A stretch of DNA of 64,000 bases from Anolis carolinensis (lineage: Eukaryota). The stretch lies in the NCBI RefSeq assembly GCF_035594765.1, contig NC_085842.1:180371036-180435035 (forward strand). The letters are read 5' to 3'. Of this stretch, positions 39,601-53,358 are shown in pieces. Each line of letters starts with the position of its first letter. The stretch's first letter is position 1. The notes beneath the pieces are model-generated. The model searched no databases, had not been told where the DNA came from, and worked only from the letters and a program-made list of their open reading frames with translations. The translations under genes were made by a program, and so were the position numbers.

Positions 39601-42600
39601 TGTCATTTTCCAATATCCTTGCCATCTTATGAATTCAACACCTCCCTTTGTATGTTCCATCCTCTGTATCCACGCTCCCCATCTTGAACTCTCTATCTAC
39701 TTGTATACTTTTGTACAGTCATCGTACTAACCTGAGATAAAATTGTGTCACTTTACAAAAAGAATTCCAAAAAATGAGGGGGAGAAAAAACTAGTTTGGC
39801 AACCAGAAATGTAATGAGAGAGCATAGGTCAGCAGGAAACCTCCATAACAAAGATCACACCTCCATTTGAAATGTTATCAGTGGGATAGCACAAAAATAT
39901 AGTGGGAGGAACTGGTACAATGGATACGGACTTGTGACATTTACTCCAGCCTCTATTAGAAACTCGCCCAACAGGAAAAATAAACAAAGCGTACTTTGCA
40001 GTGAGCATAAAAAGTTGCAACTAGTACTTCAGGAGGAAAAAACCTGGGACACAAAGAAAAGTCACGTGGCTATATAGTATACACACCCTGCTAAGTACGC
40101 CTACAACTCATGTCAACTCCTGAGGCTGGAGGAGCCCCGATTTGAAAGGACTGGGGTGATTTGTTCACGGGATCATGGTCCACACCTTACATATAAGAAA
40201 ATCTTAGTTTTATGCAAAATGCTTCAACATTTGGGGAAACTTGGTCAGTGCTGCCTTTATCACGGTTTATGCAAAAGAATCAAGCTTTACCTAGAAATCC
40301 ATTGGCAGGCATCCTGTACCTGCTCATAGGTGGGGCAAACCAGAACAAAGTGAACTGAATTCTATTTGTGTAGGGCCCCTCACATACATGCATTAGCTAG
40401 AGGTGAAATTGAGAGGCAAGGCCAGAGCAAGTGTGGCACACTGACAGTGGGCAAGTACATCCTTCATGTCCTTGCCTGAGCATTTGCAGAGGACTCATCA
40501 TCTGTCTGTAATTTTAAGAGTATCTTGTTTGCAGGCTTAGGGAAAGTTTTTATTTCCCAATGGGAAGTCAAAGTACAAATATATTTGGCACTAATCTTTC
40601 TGTTGTTTTAGAAATGCTTTAGTTAATTGGATATTTTGTAATTACAGAGATAATAGACATACACATACGCACACAGGAGCAAGGACCAATCTAATGAAAT
40701 AGTCTCTAAGCCAACATGCATCAAAAACTTTTAATTAATGAAACCCCAAATTCCCTCAAGAAGCTGGGTGATAACACACACACCTCAATTTTAAGCAGGC
40801 TGATCTAATAAGATGTATAACTAGTTCATTTCCAAGATTGTTATATTGCTGATCCTCTGTTTCCATAGATTCCACATCAACGGATTCAACTATCCATAAC
40901 TTCAAATTATTTTTTCAAATTCAAAAAACCAAATTTTAATTCTGCCTTTTATATAAGGAAAGCCATTTTATTATGCCATTGTAACATCCATTAAGAACCC
41001 AGAGATTTTGCTATCCACTGAGATCCTGGAATCAAATCCCATTGGATACCAGGGGCCCACAACGTGTTAGTCACCAGAAGAACAATGGCTACTGTGGATT
41101 GTCAAGTGCATTGCCATTGCTGGTTTTTATACTCCAAGGCAATTAACAAAAGCAAGAAGTCGACTAAGTTCCTGCCAAGCTTCCATTCAAGGCTGATGGG
41201 TGTCAGAGTATGCAGGGATACTGACACAAGTACTCTTCTGTTGGTGTAGAGGTTCTCTCTCCTTAATGTGCAAAGGAACATCAATATGAGCTGAGAAACT
41301 GTTTTACTAGGCAGTTACAAGATGCAGTATTGGAAGCAGTCTATATCAGATAACAAGATTCTTATCAAAATACCTAAGGCTGGGATGTTTGTGCTCATGT
41401 AAATGTCACTGCTACCATGTCTGCATTTAAATTTGCCCTCACCTCATTGTCCAACTTCCGTCTCAAACCACACATACTGCATATAAGTTGAGGCTTCAGA
41501 ATATCACAGAATACCATGTATCTGAGGAAGTAACCGTGTGAGTCTCGGAAGTTGATACTGCAATAAATCTGTCACTTTTTATTGGTGTTACACAACTCTT
41601 GTTACAAAGGGAAAATAACAATTCATTCAATGATGAAAGCTGCAGCATGATGAAATTTCACTCTCTTAAAACTGGTGTCCCATATCATTTTAGCATAACA
41701 AATCAGTCTCCAAATATTCAGATCATCTAAAAATACTTCATGTGGGGCTGCAAGCAACTAAATACGTTTTAGCTCATTAGATGATTAGACTAAATGATGA
41801 ATGAGAACCAGTGTGACATAATAGTTTGAGTTCTGGCCTACAAATCCAGGTGACTAGTTTGAATCCCCACATGGCCATAGAAATACCACTGGCTAATCTT
41901 GGGCAAGTCACACTCTCTCCGCCTCAGAAGAAAGCAATGGCAAACCCTTCCTGACGAAATCATGCCAAGAAAACCCAATGCTAGATTTGCTTTAAGGCGC
42001 AAATATGTCCAAGTGACAACAACTGATTGTCAATTAATCTACTAATACAATTTAGCTAACTTTGCATAAAGTTACACCGGTAGTTTTGAAGCTGCAATTG
42101 TAGGTTCTTTTTTAAACAACGCATCATGGTGTCAAACCAAGTATAAGCTAGGAGTAGGCAAAATGTGGTTTTGGCCATATGTTTTCTCTCAAGGCTCTTG
42201 CCTTTCCAGGCTCCTTGCATCACTCTTCTGACTTCCAAAAGAATCTATTGCTGCTCCTGGAAGTCTTCAGGAAGAAAATTCATCATATAGGTGATTAAAA
42301 ATAATCCAAAAGTACTTCTTTCAAGTTTGTTTTGGATGCCAGAAGAATGCGTTTTTGGACAAAAAGGGGGAAATGGATCTGTAGACTTAGGAGCCTAACA
42401 CAACATAGAATTTGATTTGTGGAAAATACAATCATCTGATAAAGAAAGCTATATCCAGCCCAGCTTCCTCTTTAGCAAAGGTGAATGCCAAAATATTTTG
42501 CTAAGACTGAGTATATTTTTCAATCTTGTTTATTAATCACTCCTATATATATACATATGACCCAGTTAATTGGGGACACTTTTCCAAAAATTCTAGTGGT

Positions 42601-43091
42601 TTTGATTCGTTCATTGATAAATAATTAAACAGTACAGCCTTGTAGTATTAGGAAACTAAAACACTTTCAAGGAATAAGCCACAATTTTCAGGACTTATTT
42701 AGGTTCTACAACAAGAAATCTCAAATTGTTGTACCACTGAAATCTAGAGAAGTGACACATTCCAAGGACAAAAGAGAGGTCAGTTTTCAAACAGGGTTTT
42801 ATATATCTTAGTAGATAAACTAGGAAGAGGAAGTAACAATGATCTGAGAAGAGTGTTAGGGAACATTAACTCTATGACAGAAAAGGCCCTGAGGGCAATG
42901 TCTCCCTACATAATACTAGGAGGTGGAACAGAGTTTCACCAAATAATTTTATATGCTAGGACAGCTAGGCGATATAGCATGGGAGCTAGCATGGTATAAA
43001 TCAGAGGTGTCACATCATTTTCATGGAGGGCCACATCAGTTTTCAAGGGTTGTTGAATCTACGGATGGAAAATCTGTAGACAAAGGTGGCT

Positions 43092-43094
<3 letters not shown>

Positions 43095-43130
<36 letters not shown>
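43095..43130. repeat. (TG)18 microsatellite
   Basis: Read directly from the sequence. Confidence 0.97.
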
Positions 43131-43134
<4 letters not shown>

Positions 43135-44725
43135 GTGGTTGGTGCACTTTCATTTTTGCCAATTTGGGCCCCAGATGTTATTGAATGACAACTCCCATCA
43201 TCTTTTATTATCCGCCATAAGGATTAGGGATAATGGGAATTGCAACACAACAGCTGTTGTGGCTCTGAGGTTGGGGAAAGCTTAAAGGATATTTTAAAGT
43301 CAGATATCATTTCCACAAGCCTTGTATCTAAATTCAAATCGCACTCTCCTGCCTCAACAGAACAAACAGTAGCCTTCCAGGTGTTACTGTACAACAACTC
43401 CCATCACCTCTACTCATGATGTACAATAGTGAGGAATGCAGGAGTTATATTCCAGCATCTAAAATGACATGGCAGGCTAGATTCGGGGCCTTGAATTTTA
43501 AACATGTGGTATAAATGGTTAGAACACTGGACCAGGACTGCAGGCAACCAAGGTTCAAATCACTCCTCAGTCATTGGGTGATTTTGAGCAAGTCACACAC
43601 TCTTTCAGTCTTAAAGGAAGGCTTAGCAAAATTCCTTTGAATATAGTCACTGTAAATCAGTTATCTTGAAGGTCTGCAACAGAAAAATGTTATGGTAGTG
43701 GTAGTGGTGAACGGCTGGGGGGGAGGAGATGTGTTTGACATAATCAGCAACAGAGACAAATTAAGCTTTAAGAATCAGTACTAGGAACTGGGCCCTGAAA
43801 GGAAGAAATAGCCAGCATCGATGCTTCAAAACAGGAGCTACATGGGTGAACTAGTCTGCATTTAGGAGAAAACAATAAACTGTCTCCTGCAATAACCAAA
43901 CTTCCTTCAAATCTCACCCCAGTGAGGACTTTTGACTCCCTTTTGATGGTTTCTGAGCATCTGGTTATATGTCAAGGCCAGGATAGCAAGCAGTGTTGGC
44001 TTCATCTTGGAACAACATGGACTCTAGCTCCTGGTCAAGCTCATCCAGAGAAAGAAAACAACTCTCAGTCTAGCCTACCTCACAAGTTTCTTTTTAAGAC
44101 AATGTGGGTGGTGGGAGAGGTTTGAGGAAATGTGCCCTGAGCTCCCTATAGGCAGGATGGAATAAATAATAATAAGGGCATATAATGCAATTACATTAAG
44201 ACAATTACCAAGGAAGCATGGACAAGAAACAATTAGATCAGTACAACTAATTAAAGAATGTGATTGCCACAGGAACTACTTCTCTGGTGGTAGTCCCTAC
44301 TCAGAAAAGCTGTACTTAATATTGATGCCACCAACTTTTGCCCCTCTTCTGGATATGTGGGGAAAAAGCCATGAGTCACATAGTTCCCAGGTTGAAAAAT
44401 AGAGAAAACCAAGAGAGTTAGGAAACCAACTTTTTTCTCTTTGGTAGAGCCAGCGTGGTATAATGGTTTGAACACTGAATTATGACTTGAAATCCCCACT
44501 TGGCCATGGAAACCTACTGGGTAATCTTGCGTGAGTCACACACTCTCAGCTCCAGAAAACACAATTTTATGTTTAGTTTAGGGTCACAACGAGTTGAAGG
44601 TACATGACAACAACAGAGCAAGGGATTGTGGCACAGGAATGGATGGTCTCACTTTTCCTAATGAATATACTAGAGAAATGTAATGATCCCAGAAGTTCTA
44701 CACAGAGGGTAAGAAGAGTCAAGAA

Positions 44726-44845
44726 CAGTGGTTCTTAACCTGTGGGTCCCCAGATGTTTTGGCCTTCAACTCAGTGGTAAACCCGCTGAGATTTCTGGGA
44801 GTTGTAGGCCAAAACATCTGGGGACCCATAGGTCGAGAACTACTG
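44726..44845. mobile_element. hAT MITE, family A (internal deletion)
   Basis: cagtggttcttaacc...gagaactactg; TSD gtcaagaa / gtttagaa. Confidence 0.85.
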
Positions 44846-47814
44846 GTTTAGAATCTAGATAGAAAGAGTTAAGTTATTGCAGGTGTGATAAAGGAATGTT
44901 AATTGCAGGAGAAAGGACAATAAATATGAACATCTAGTCCAGCAGCCAAATATGAGAACAAAAGGCGTATCTCATTCTTGCATTGAGAAGTATTTTTAGC
45001 CAGAGATGAAACCAGGGCCAGCTGGTACACAAAGTATCTACTCAACCACTGGGCTAGAGCCCTTTCTCCCAGAAGGCTTGGGCAGCCTTTGTTTAGTGAT
45101 CATACCCCTGTTTAAAGAACATTTTCCTTAAATCCTTTCTATTTGGACTCTTCTTACTCTCTGTACAGGACCTATGGCATCATCATTTTTTAGAAAGCCT
45201 CCTCCTCTCAGTCCCTTAAGTAGTATTTTGTTTTAAGGAAGGTAAGACTGGAAGTCACTTTGTGGGACCTGTCTTCAATGCTTACCAAATGATTCACAGA
45301 GTTGTGGGAGGAAGTGGCTGGCAAGATAGCATTAAGGACGACACCACTTCTTTGGACTGGCCCAAGCTGATGTAACTCAGCCATTCTGACAACACAATCT
45401 AGCCAACTGAAGAGTAGAGAACAGAACTTTCTGCACTGCAAGCTTTCAGGTTCCTCCTTAAGCCACTAATTTGGAGAAAACACAAAACAGGTCTGCATTT
45501 CTGAACAGGATTCACAGTGTGAAGCCTGTAATGCCAGGTTTCTATGGCAGCAATAACAGCCAGGACTGGCCTCAAACATTTTGTTACCTGAAATGAAGCA
45601 GCACTGGAGCACTAGCATGGACAGGGCTAAACCGCAACATTTTGTTGCCTGACACAGAGCACTCACCCTAGTTAAACTGCAAAGTACTCAAAGCCAAGCA
45701 AGCTATTATGGTATGTGAGGCAGTAAAACAACCTATTTTGAATGACTGACTTACTGCCCCTTTCATGACACCCCAAATCTACTGCTTAAGGTGACACAAT
45801 CTGCAGTAGTGCCATCCCTTGATGTTGGGTTTAATTGGCTGATGGGATGTTAACAGATTATCACTGCAGATAAGATTATCAACTGGCAGTTAAGAAGCAC
45901 AAGGTAAGATTTGCATTGATAATACACAGCTCTAGGTAAGCTGTCCCCTGGATTCAGGCTGAAGACCTTAGCTAAGAGCCTATCCAATCTGTGCAACCAA
46001 ACTAGACAAGAATAAATGTGCCTTGGTGACTACACTGACAGAACCATACATAATCCACTTTCATCATGATGCAAGCAGAAGGGTGCATTTCAGGGACCAA
46101 TGCTCAAGGACGACCCATCAAGACAGATGGAGAGATTGCCACTGGGTATCTCTTTTCTTCCTTCTTCACACACAGAATATTAGTGAAGGATCACTTTACT
46201 ATAAGAAGGAAAAACAGAAAAAGATGCAGGACACGGGAAGGACGGACGACACACCACACCAAGCATACAGCAATATTACTGTCAAAACCTGTCTTAAGTA
46301 GGCGAAGAGCTGTTAGTAAGCTCACAAGCACGAAATTGGGTGTGACAATAATGAATGTGTACTGCACGCAATATCATGAAAAGCTTTCCTGAACATGCAA
46401 CAGACTGTAAGTGAGGGTAGTGGGTAGGAAAATTCACTGTAAGGTAAAGGACAATGAGGATGTGATACACTGCTGAAAAGCAAAGGTGTGATTAACAGAA
46501 CAAGGAAAGAATGAACAATGGTGGTAAAAGATAATTGGGCATACACATATATTTCAATAAGCATGCTGGACACATTTTTCCCCAAAGCACAATTTTTTTG
46601 TTTTGCAACATGCATACCTTTAAAACAAAGGAGACACACCCAAGCCTTGATAAATCCAAGAGAAGCAATCCAAATATTATCCCCCCCCCCCCAAAAAAAA
46701 ATGCACAGGGAGCATTCAGTAAGGAAAAACAAAGGAACACACACCATGGAGAACATAAACCATACCACTGTAGAAACCAGGGGCAAAGTACAACACGCTG
46801 TGAACCATCAGAGCCTTCTGTCTGACACCACACCGACGCTCAGACACCGCTCAGCTTGAAGGATTCTGCCGAGGAGTCAAACAAAAAGCAGCAGAGGCTA
46901 CTTCAAATCTTTCCCTCCTTGTTAAGCCTTCTTTCATCAGCTGAATCAGCAGCCTTGAATTCAAGGATTCCAGGCTGCTGCAAGTTCAAATCCCAGCAGG
47001 ACCAATTTATGCCTTTTCTTGATCACGGTTGTAGAAAGGAAGACATTTTGGTGTCACCTGCAGTTGGAACCAGCATGCCCTGCCTCAACACACCTTCACC
47101 TCTAATCACCTAGACTTGTTTAAGCTGCGTTCCTTTCCATCAGGTTTCTGGGCAAAATCCCAGCTTAAGGGATTTCCACTCTCTAGTCCTTTAAATACCC
47201 TTCATTCTCTCGCATCCTCCTCCACCCAGCAAGGTTTCATCCAGAAAACAAAATGTTCCTTTTATTTCCTCTCTTCAAATGTTATGAGAATGAGAGACAG
47301 CAGCTGGTGTAGTCCACCCCAGCGGCGGCTGCATTTTGTAGAGTTAAAGAAGTTCCATATGGTACCATTCCAAACATGAGACGTTCACTCAGAACAGAGA
47401 TGTAATGCTTCAGGTCATGTGTCAGGTTGGGTTCTTTGTTGGAGATGGTGTATGCATGTGTGTGTACTAGTGTATTTACCCTTTGGGATTACACCTGCTA
47501 GGAGGAGGAGAACATTATAGATAATCCTATAAACCAGTGCTTTCCAATCTTTGGTTCTCCAGCTGTTTGGGACTTCAACTTCCAGAAGTCCCAGCCAACT
47601 GTCAAGTATTCCAGGTGATTCTGAATAGCAGACCTTGGATAGATAACATTTTTGAAATATAATGCCCAGAAATTACTATTTATATTTGGCACAAAGTGCA
47701 TGCAATTAGGTGATGGGTAATTTAATAGACCGGTGGGCAGGCTACGTGTTTGCTACTGCAATGATGATGATGATGATGATGTTGATGTTGTTAATGATGA
47801 TAATACAATCACAG

Positions 47815-48640
47815 ACCACCAGGGTAATCCAGTCTAACCTTCTTCTACCATGCAGAATCAAGCACTACCAACAATTGACAATCCAGCCTCTGTTTCAAAA
47901 CCACATTTTGAGGAAACATATTCCTGTCAGAATGTTTTCCCTCAAAGTTTAGGTGAATTCTCTTTTTCTGTAGTTTAAATCCATTGTTCCATGTCTTAAT
48001 GTCTGAAGCATCAGAAAACAAGCTGACTGCCTTCTTAATATGGTAAAAAGGTAAAGGTTTCCCCTGACGTTAAGTCCAGTCGTGACCGACTCTGGGGGTT
48101 GGTGCTCATCTCCATTTCTAAGCCGAAGAGCCAGCATTGTCCATAGACACCTCCAAGGTCATGTGGCCAGCATGACTGCATGGAGCATTGTTACCTTCCT
48201 GCTGGAGCGGTACTTATGTTTTCAAATAACTAGGTTGGCAGGAGCTGGGGCTAACAGCGGGTGCTCATTCCACTCCCGGGATTTGAACCTGGGACCTTTT
48301 GGTCTGCAAGTTCAGCAGCTCAGCGCTTTAACACACTGTGCCCCCAATACTTTCAAATACTGAAATATGGCTATCTTGTCCGCACTTCCTTTAAGTTAAA
48401 CATACCTAGTTCCCTAAGTTACTCCTCATAGGACTTGGCTTTGACCATTTTGGTCACCCTTCTCTAGACATGTTGCAGCTTGTCGATATCCTTCTTGAAT
48501 TGTAGCATCCAAAACGGGCAGAGTGTTCTATAGCTGAGGTCTGACCAAAGCAGTATAGAGCAGGATAATGACTTTCTTCAGCCTAGACATTATGTTCCTA
48601 TTGGTGTAGCCTAGGATTGCACTGACTTTTTAAGCTGCCA
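47815..48640 (-). mobile_element. CR1 LINE 3' fragment interrupted by a Sauria SINE
   Basis: Antisense CR1 ORF2-end motifs on both sides of the SINE (tttctgtagtttaaatccattg; ctgaggtctgaccaaagcagtatagag). Confidence 0.75.
48042..48346 (-). mobile_element. Sauria SINE, near full length
   Basis: (aaaggt)n = ACCTTT tail; aggtcatgtggccagcatgactgcatgg core; tRNA-like head at the right end. Confidence 0.93.
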
Positions 48641-50244
48641 TCATTTTTATGGTGACAACAAAAGAAGAGGAAGACAGACATGGGGAAAAGGAAAATGATA
48701 TACTCCTTCACTACTACAAATTAGAACACAAATGTATTTATCATGTCAGAAGCAAGTTGAGAATATAGTTATAATGTATAAAAATATGATATTATTTCTA
48801 GTGCCCACTTTTTGCATGGTAGTCAAGCAGCGCTTCTTGTAAGTCAGAGCACAGTCCAGAGTGACTTCCAGGTATTTTGGTGTGCTGCAATGTTCCATTG
48901 GGATTCCTTCCCAGGTAATCCTCAGAGCTTGAGATGCTTATCTGTTCTTAAGATGAAAGGACACATCTGTGTTTTAAATGGATTAGGAATCAGCTGGTTT
49001 CTCCTGTAATAGGCAGTAAGAGCACCTAAAGCTTCGAAGAGCTTCTGTTCAACCATTTTAAAATTCCCTGCTTGAGCAGTGATGGCACGATCACCATCAT
49101 AGATGTCTCTTTATTATAAAAACTGTTTGGTAGTGGAACAAGGAGTGGACTTTCCTTCTTTTAGAGGTCTTTAAACAGAGGCTGCATGGGAATGTCTCAG
49201 GAGTGTTTTGGTTGTGTGTTCTTGCATGGTGGTAATGAGTTGGACTAGACCCTCGTGGTTCTTTCCACCTCTACAATTCACTACTATAAGAGAAGAAATA
49301 ACCTTGGCGTTGTTGTTGGATGTCTTAGCAAACACATGCAGAGACAATATCCAAGATATAAGAAACCACACTCAAGCAGACACACTTCACACCAACTTCA
49401 CCATCACTACAGATGCATTTTGATACATCTGGTAGAGAGACAGATATATATCACATTTTCCCAGCAGGAAGAGTACTGTGGTTTACGGGATACGGAAATA
49501 TGATTTTACTGCCACAGAAGCCTAGCCAATAGATATCTGGATTTCATGGAGTAACTGTGCAATTAACAAACTCAAAAGCATCCGCAGGGAAAAGCTCTTG
49601 CTCTCCAGGAGACAGAAATGATGGAAACAAAGTGGTTGCCTGACAAAGACATAAAGATGACCTTCTGTTTCCTACTGTGAAAGGAAAAACAACTGTTGAA
49701 AAGAAGGGGGGGAGAGGGGGGGGAGACAGAGAGAGAGAGCGAGAAGACACAATAGTGCTGCTGATACTAATCTATGTCAACACAACTCTTCCCTGACCCT
49801 AGCATGTATATATGTCAATACAATATAATGTGTGAGGAAGAAGGCTTTTCTTAGCATACATATTTTTCTGCTTTCCAGATTCTATTTGAACAGAGGATTG
49901 CATCTACAAAAATGTGTTTAGTCCATTGGTTTAAAATTGGTAAGCTACATAAAAGATGCTGAGAGACTGCAGCTGCATGATAAGGAACAAGAAAGACTGA
50001 TAAATATTTGGAAGAGATAACAAGGCAATGTTGTTTATTAGGTTGTTAATTGCTTACAAAGGTGTGCTTAATTGTGTAGGCAGCTTTAATGTAACTATTT
50101 GTCTTATCAGAATGCTTATGAAAATAGCAGATGGCAAGGCAATCATTTTAAAAGAAACATTTTCTTTTCCTTATTATACAGGGGGAATTGTCTGTTCTAT
50201 TCTACAAGTTATGAGGACACACAAACCTGATAGATAGGTACATA

Positions 50245-50546
50245 GACAGACAGCATAGGGAAGGGTTAGAACCCCTGTGGTGTTTGTTTTGCTGTCTATG
50301 CCCATTCAAAAGATTTCACCTCACTTTCTGTCCCTGTGACAATCGTATTTTGACAAATGTGGCTTGTCGTGGAAACAAGGATTAGTGATAAAGCTTCAGT
50401 GAAGACACCTTTTCCCAATGATGATGACTCTTCCAGGAGTGAATTTCCCTTCCGGGGGGCAGATTTCTCTCACTTCCTGTGATCTGACCCCGTTCTTAAT
50501 TATGAATCATTTGTACATCTGGTGTTGTAATTTGGGGACTGCCTGT
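50245..50546. mobile_element. Tc1/mariner-like fragment (one end)
   Basis: Ends in ...gtaatttggggactgcctg|ta. Confidence 0.55.
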
Positions 50547-50607
50547 ATGTATATGCCTTCATGTCATTTATCAACTTATTGTAAACTAAATGGGGGGGGG
50601 GGGGGGG

Positions 50608-50751
50608 TTAGGCAAGAGATACTCAGAAGTGGTTTTGCCAGTTCCGTTTTCTCAAACAGAGCCTACAGCACCTGGTATTCCATGGCAGTTTCCCATTCAA
50701 GCACCAACCAGGATTTATCCTGGTTAGCTGCCAAGATCAGATAGGGATCTG
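50608..50751 (-). mobile_element. 5S rRNA-derived SINE
   Basis: Minus strand cagatccctatctgatcttggcagctaaccagg...tgggaaactgccatggaataccaggtgctgtaggct (5S-like), then ggaactggcaaaaccac tail shared with the 58830 copy. Confidence 0.8.
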
Positions 50752-52450
50752 AAGCCTATCTATTCCAGCTATAAGGAAAATATCACCAAACAACAGCTAT
50801 CTGCTAGGTATACAGTAGGATGCAATCTATATGCAGACTGATCAAACAGTACAAACTATGCTAGATTCACACATTTACAGATGTTTTCTCTGTATGAAGC
50901 AACCTGATGAATGTTTTTGGTTGACAGCATATCCATACAAGTATGCATACACAGACACGCGCACACGCACATACAAACAGGTACACTTATACACCAAACA
51001 TTCATTCATAGGCATATATATTTACCCACAGGATTCCAACATAATCACTCGGCTCAAGGACTGAAATAAGGATAAGACTGGTAGGGGAAGTCTCTGAAAT
51101 TGGCATTTTGCATGATCAATCTCAAATATTTCATGCAGATAAGTATGACACTGTATATGACCTCCAGGCCACACATAACACTTCCTGGCTTTTTCTGTTG
51201 TGTAATTAAAGAAGAGCATCATAATAGCATACATATTTGTTATTACTGTGTCATTTGTTTTCAAGTGTGAGTGAGCAGTTGTGTTTCTCCGGCACTTGGG
51301 GCAAATCTAGCTACAAGGCACATTCTTCCCTTGGCTTCCTGCAAGAACTTCTAATGTCTCAAAACAAGCAGTCCCCAAGTCCAAGATCACTTTGCCTAGT
51401 AAGCGCAAGGGATACTCAGATTCAACTTCACTGTCATGGAGCTCAAGTTGGTTTCCCAAAACAGACATCTCATCTCATCCTGCTTCACAGAATGATTATC
51501 TCCCCTACAGCTCCACAGAAGAGCAGAGTAAACTAAAGTAGTTATTTATTCATTACTAATAGTATTTTTTACAACAGATACTCAGTGTGTTCTTTTCTAA
51601 TGAATATTACCTAGTCACCAACAGGTTTGACATGTCATTATTCTCCTTGTTTTGCCAAAGCTTCAAAAATGTAATCTAATGAATGCCAGCTGAGAAGTCC
51701 CACCCTTTTTAATGAATTTTACTCTCAGGTAGGTTGTCTATCACTCTTCAAAACCCAGGCACCTCAGTCTGGTTAGGATTGAGAGGGTAGCCTTACTAGA
51801 CTTTTCAGCTCAGCTTAGTTTTTTGAGATCCTCCTACTCTTGAAACCAGTGTCAGCTTCAAGATGACATATTTGGAAGACTCCATATAGAGGTCTCCCTC
51901 TCAGAAGAAACGGGTGTCAGCAATTCAACAGTTATTTCCACGCTGGAAACATCCTGTCTTGGGAATGGCAGCATGTGGCTTTCATGTCAGTAGAGCGTTG
52001 AATACACTCAAAGTTTTGATTTAAACTTTAAGGTAAAGTTATTGAAAGTGCTGAACCCTATCCCCAAATTAGGTTCTGTGTCTTGGTTGGTTTATTTAAA
52101 GTTTAGTTTAAAACTGTAGTTAACACAACGTTTACAAAGACATGAGTGCAACTAGTTACTACAAGTTGGGGGCTATCAAGTGTGCAAGCAGATCTAGCAA
52201 AAGATCTACACCTACAGAATCACCAAATACTCCCTTTCAGCATTAGGATGGTGCTATAAATCATTATATGATCAATATCTGACTCGTCAATTGATAAATC
52301 CATTTTGTGCAAAAAGAAGAGTGGAGAAGAAATTTAAAAACATATTTAAGAATGATTTATTTTAGCATCAATTCTGCATTTCAATCAAGATACACAGTAT
52401 GAACAACTTAACCAGTGACAAAGTAATGGGGCTGGGATTAGAGTATAAAG

Positions 52451-52585
52451 CAGGCATGGACAAACTTTGCCCTCCCAAGTGTTTTGGACTTCAACCCCCA
52501 CAATTCCTAACAGCCGGAAAGGTGGATGGGATTTCTGGGAGTTGAAGTCCAAAACACCTGGAGGGCCAAAGTTTGTCCATGCCTG
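52451..52585. mobile_element. hAT MITE, family B
   Basis: TIRs caggcatggacaaacttt / aaagtttgtccatgcctg; perfect 8-bp TSD gtataaag. Related copies near 6486 (partial) and 58170-58300. Confidence 0.92.
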
Positions 52586-53220
52586 GTATAAAGGGAGACA
52601 GAGAACTTGGTAAGATTATATATAGATCTATCAAGCAGCTGGCCTGTTAGGCTAGAAGTGTCAAAGCAATGTTTAGTTGGAAGACAGTTCCTCTTTTTAT
52701 TATATGTTTGTAACTGTGATGATATATGCACAGTGCTAGGGAACTATTGTCCCTGTTCGTACCACTGCTAACAGATTGAATCCTAAACACTCAAACACAG
52801 ACTCTAGTTTTTGGCCATCTTTTCTGCATTAACTATCAAAATGGGATCGAAATGGGATCATGTTGGGTAATATACACTCAAGTAAAGAGAAATATCAGAA
52901 TTATGTTTAAAAAATAAACGTCCCAGGCACCATACACAGAGCACTGATGCCTCGTGCATCATGGAAAACTTTATTCAACCAGTCCTCTGACTTCAGAGAT
53001 TTCAGAAGGCATTACCAAAACACTTAAACCATACACTCATAAACAACAGGACTACAAGATTGCTCGGCCTCCTGTTTTTCACAAGAGCTAGGATCCTTAG
53101 GAAGCCACACCCAACACCACATTCTGCTTATTCCCCCATCAGTTCTGCTTAATCTCAGCATGCTTTAACATCAGACTCATACATGAATGACTACAGACTT
53201 CTTCATTTTGTCAATGAAAT

Positions 53221-53358
53221 AGAGAAGTTTCTCAAACTGTGCTCGTCCAGGTGTTTTGGACTTCCGCTCCCAAAAATCTCAGCCAGTTTACCAGCTGTTA
53301 GGAACTGTGGAAGCTGAAGTCCAAAACATCTGGAGGAGCACAATTTGAGAAATTCTGT
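53221..53358. mobile_element. hAT-like MITE, related palindromic family
   Basis: agaagtttctcaaactgtgctc...gagcacaatttgagaaattct; core shared with families A and B. Confidence 0.75.
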
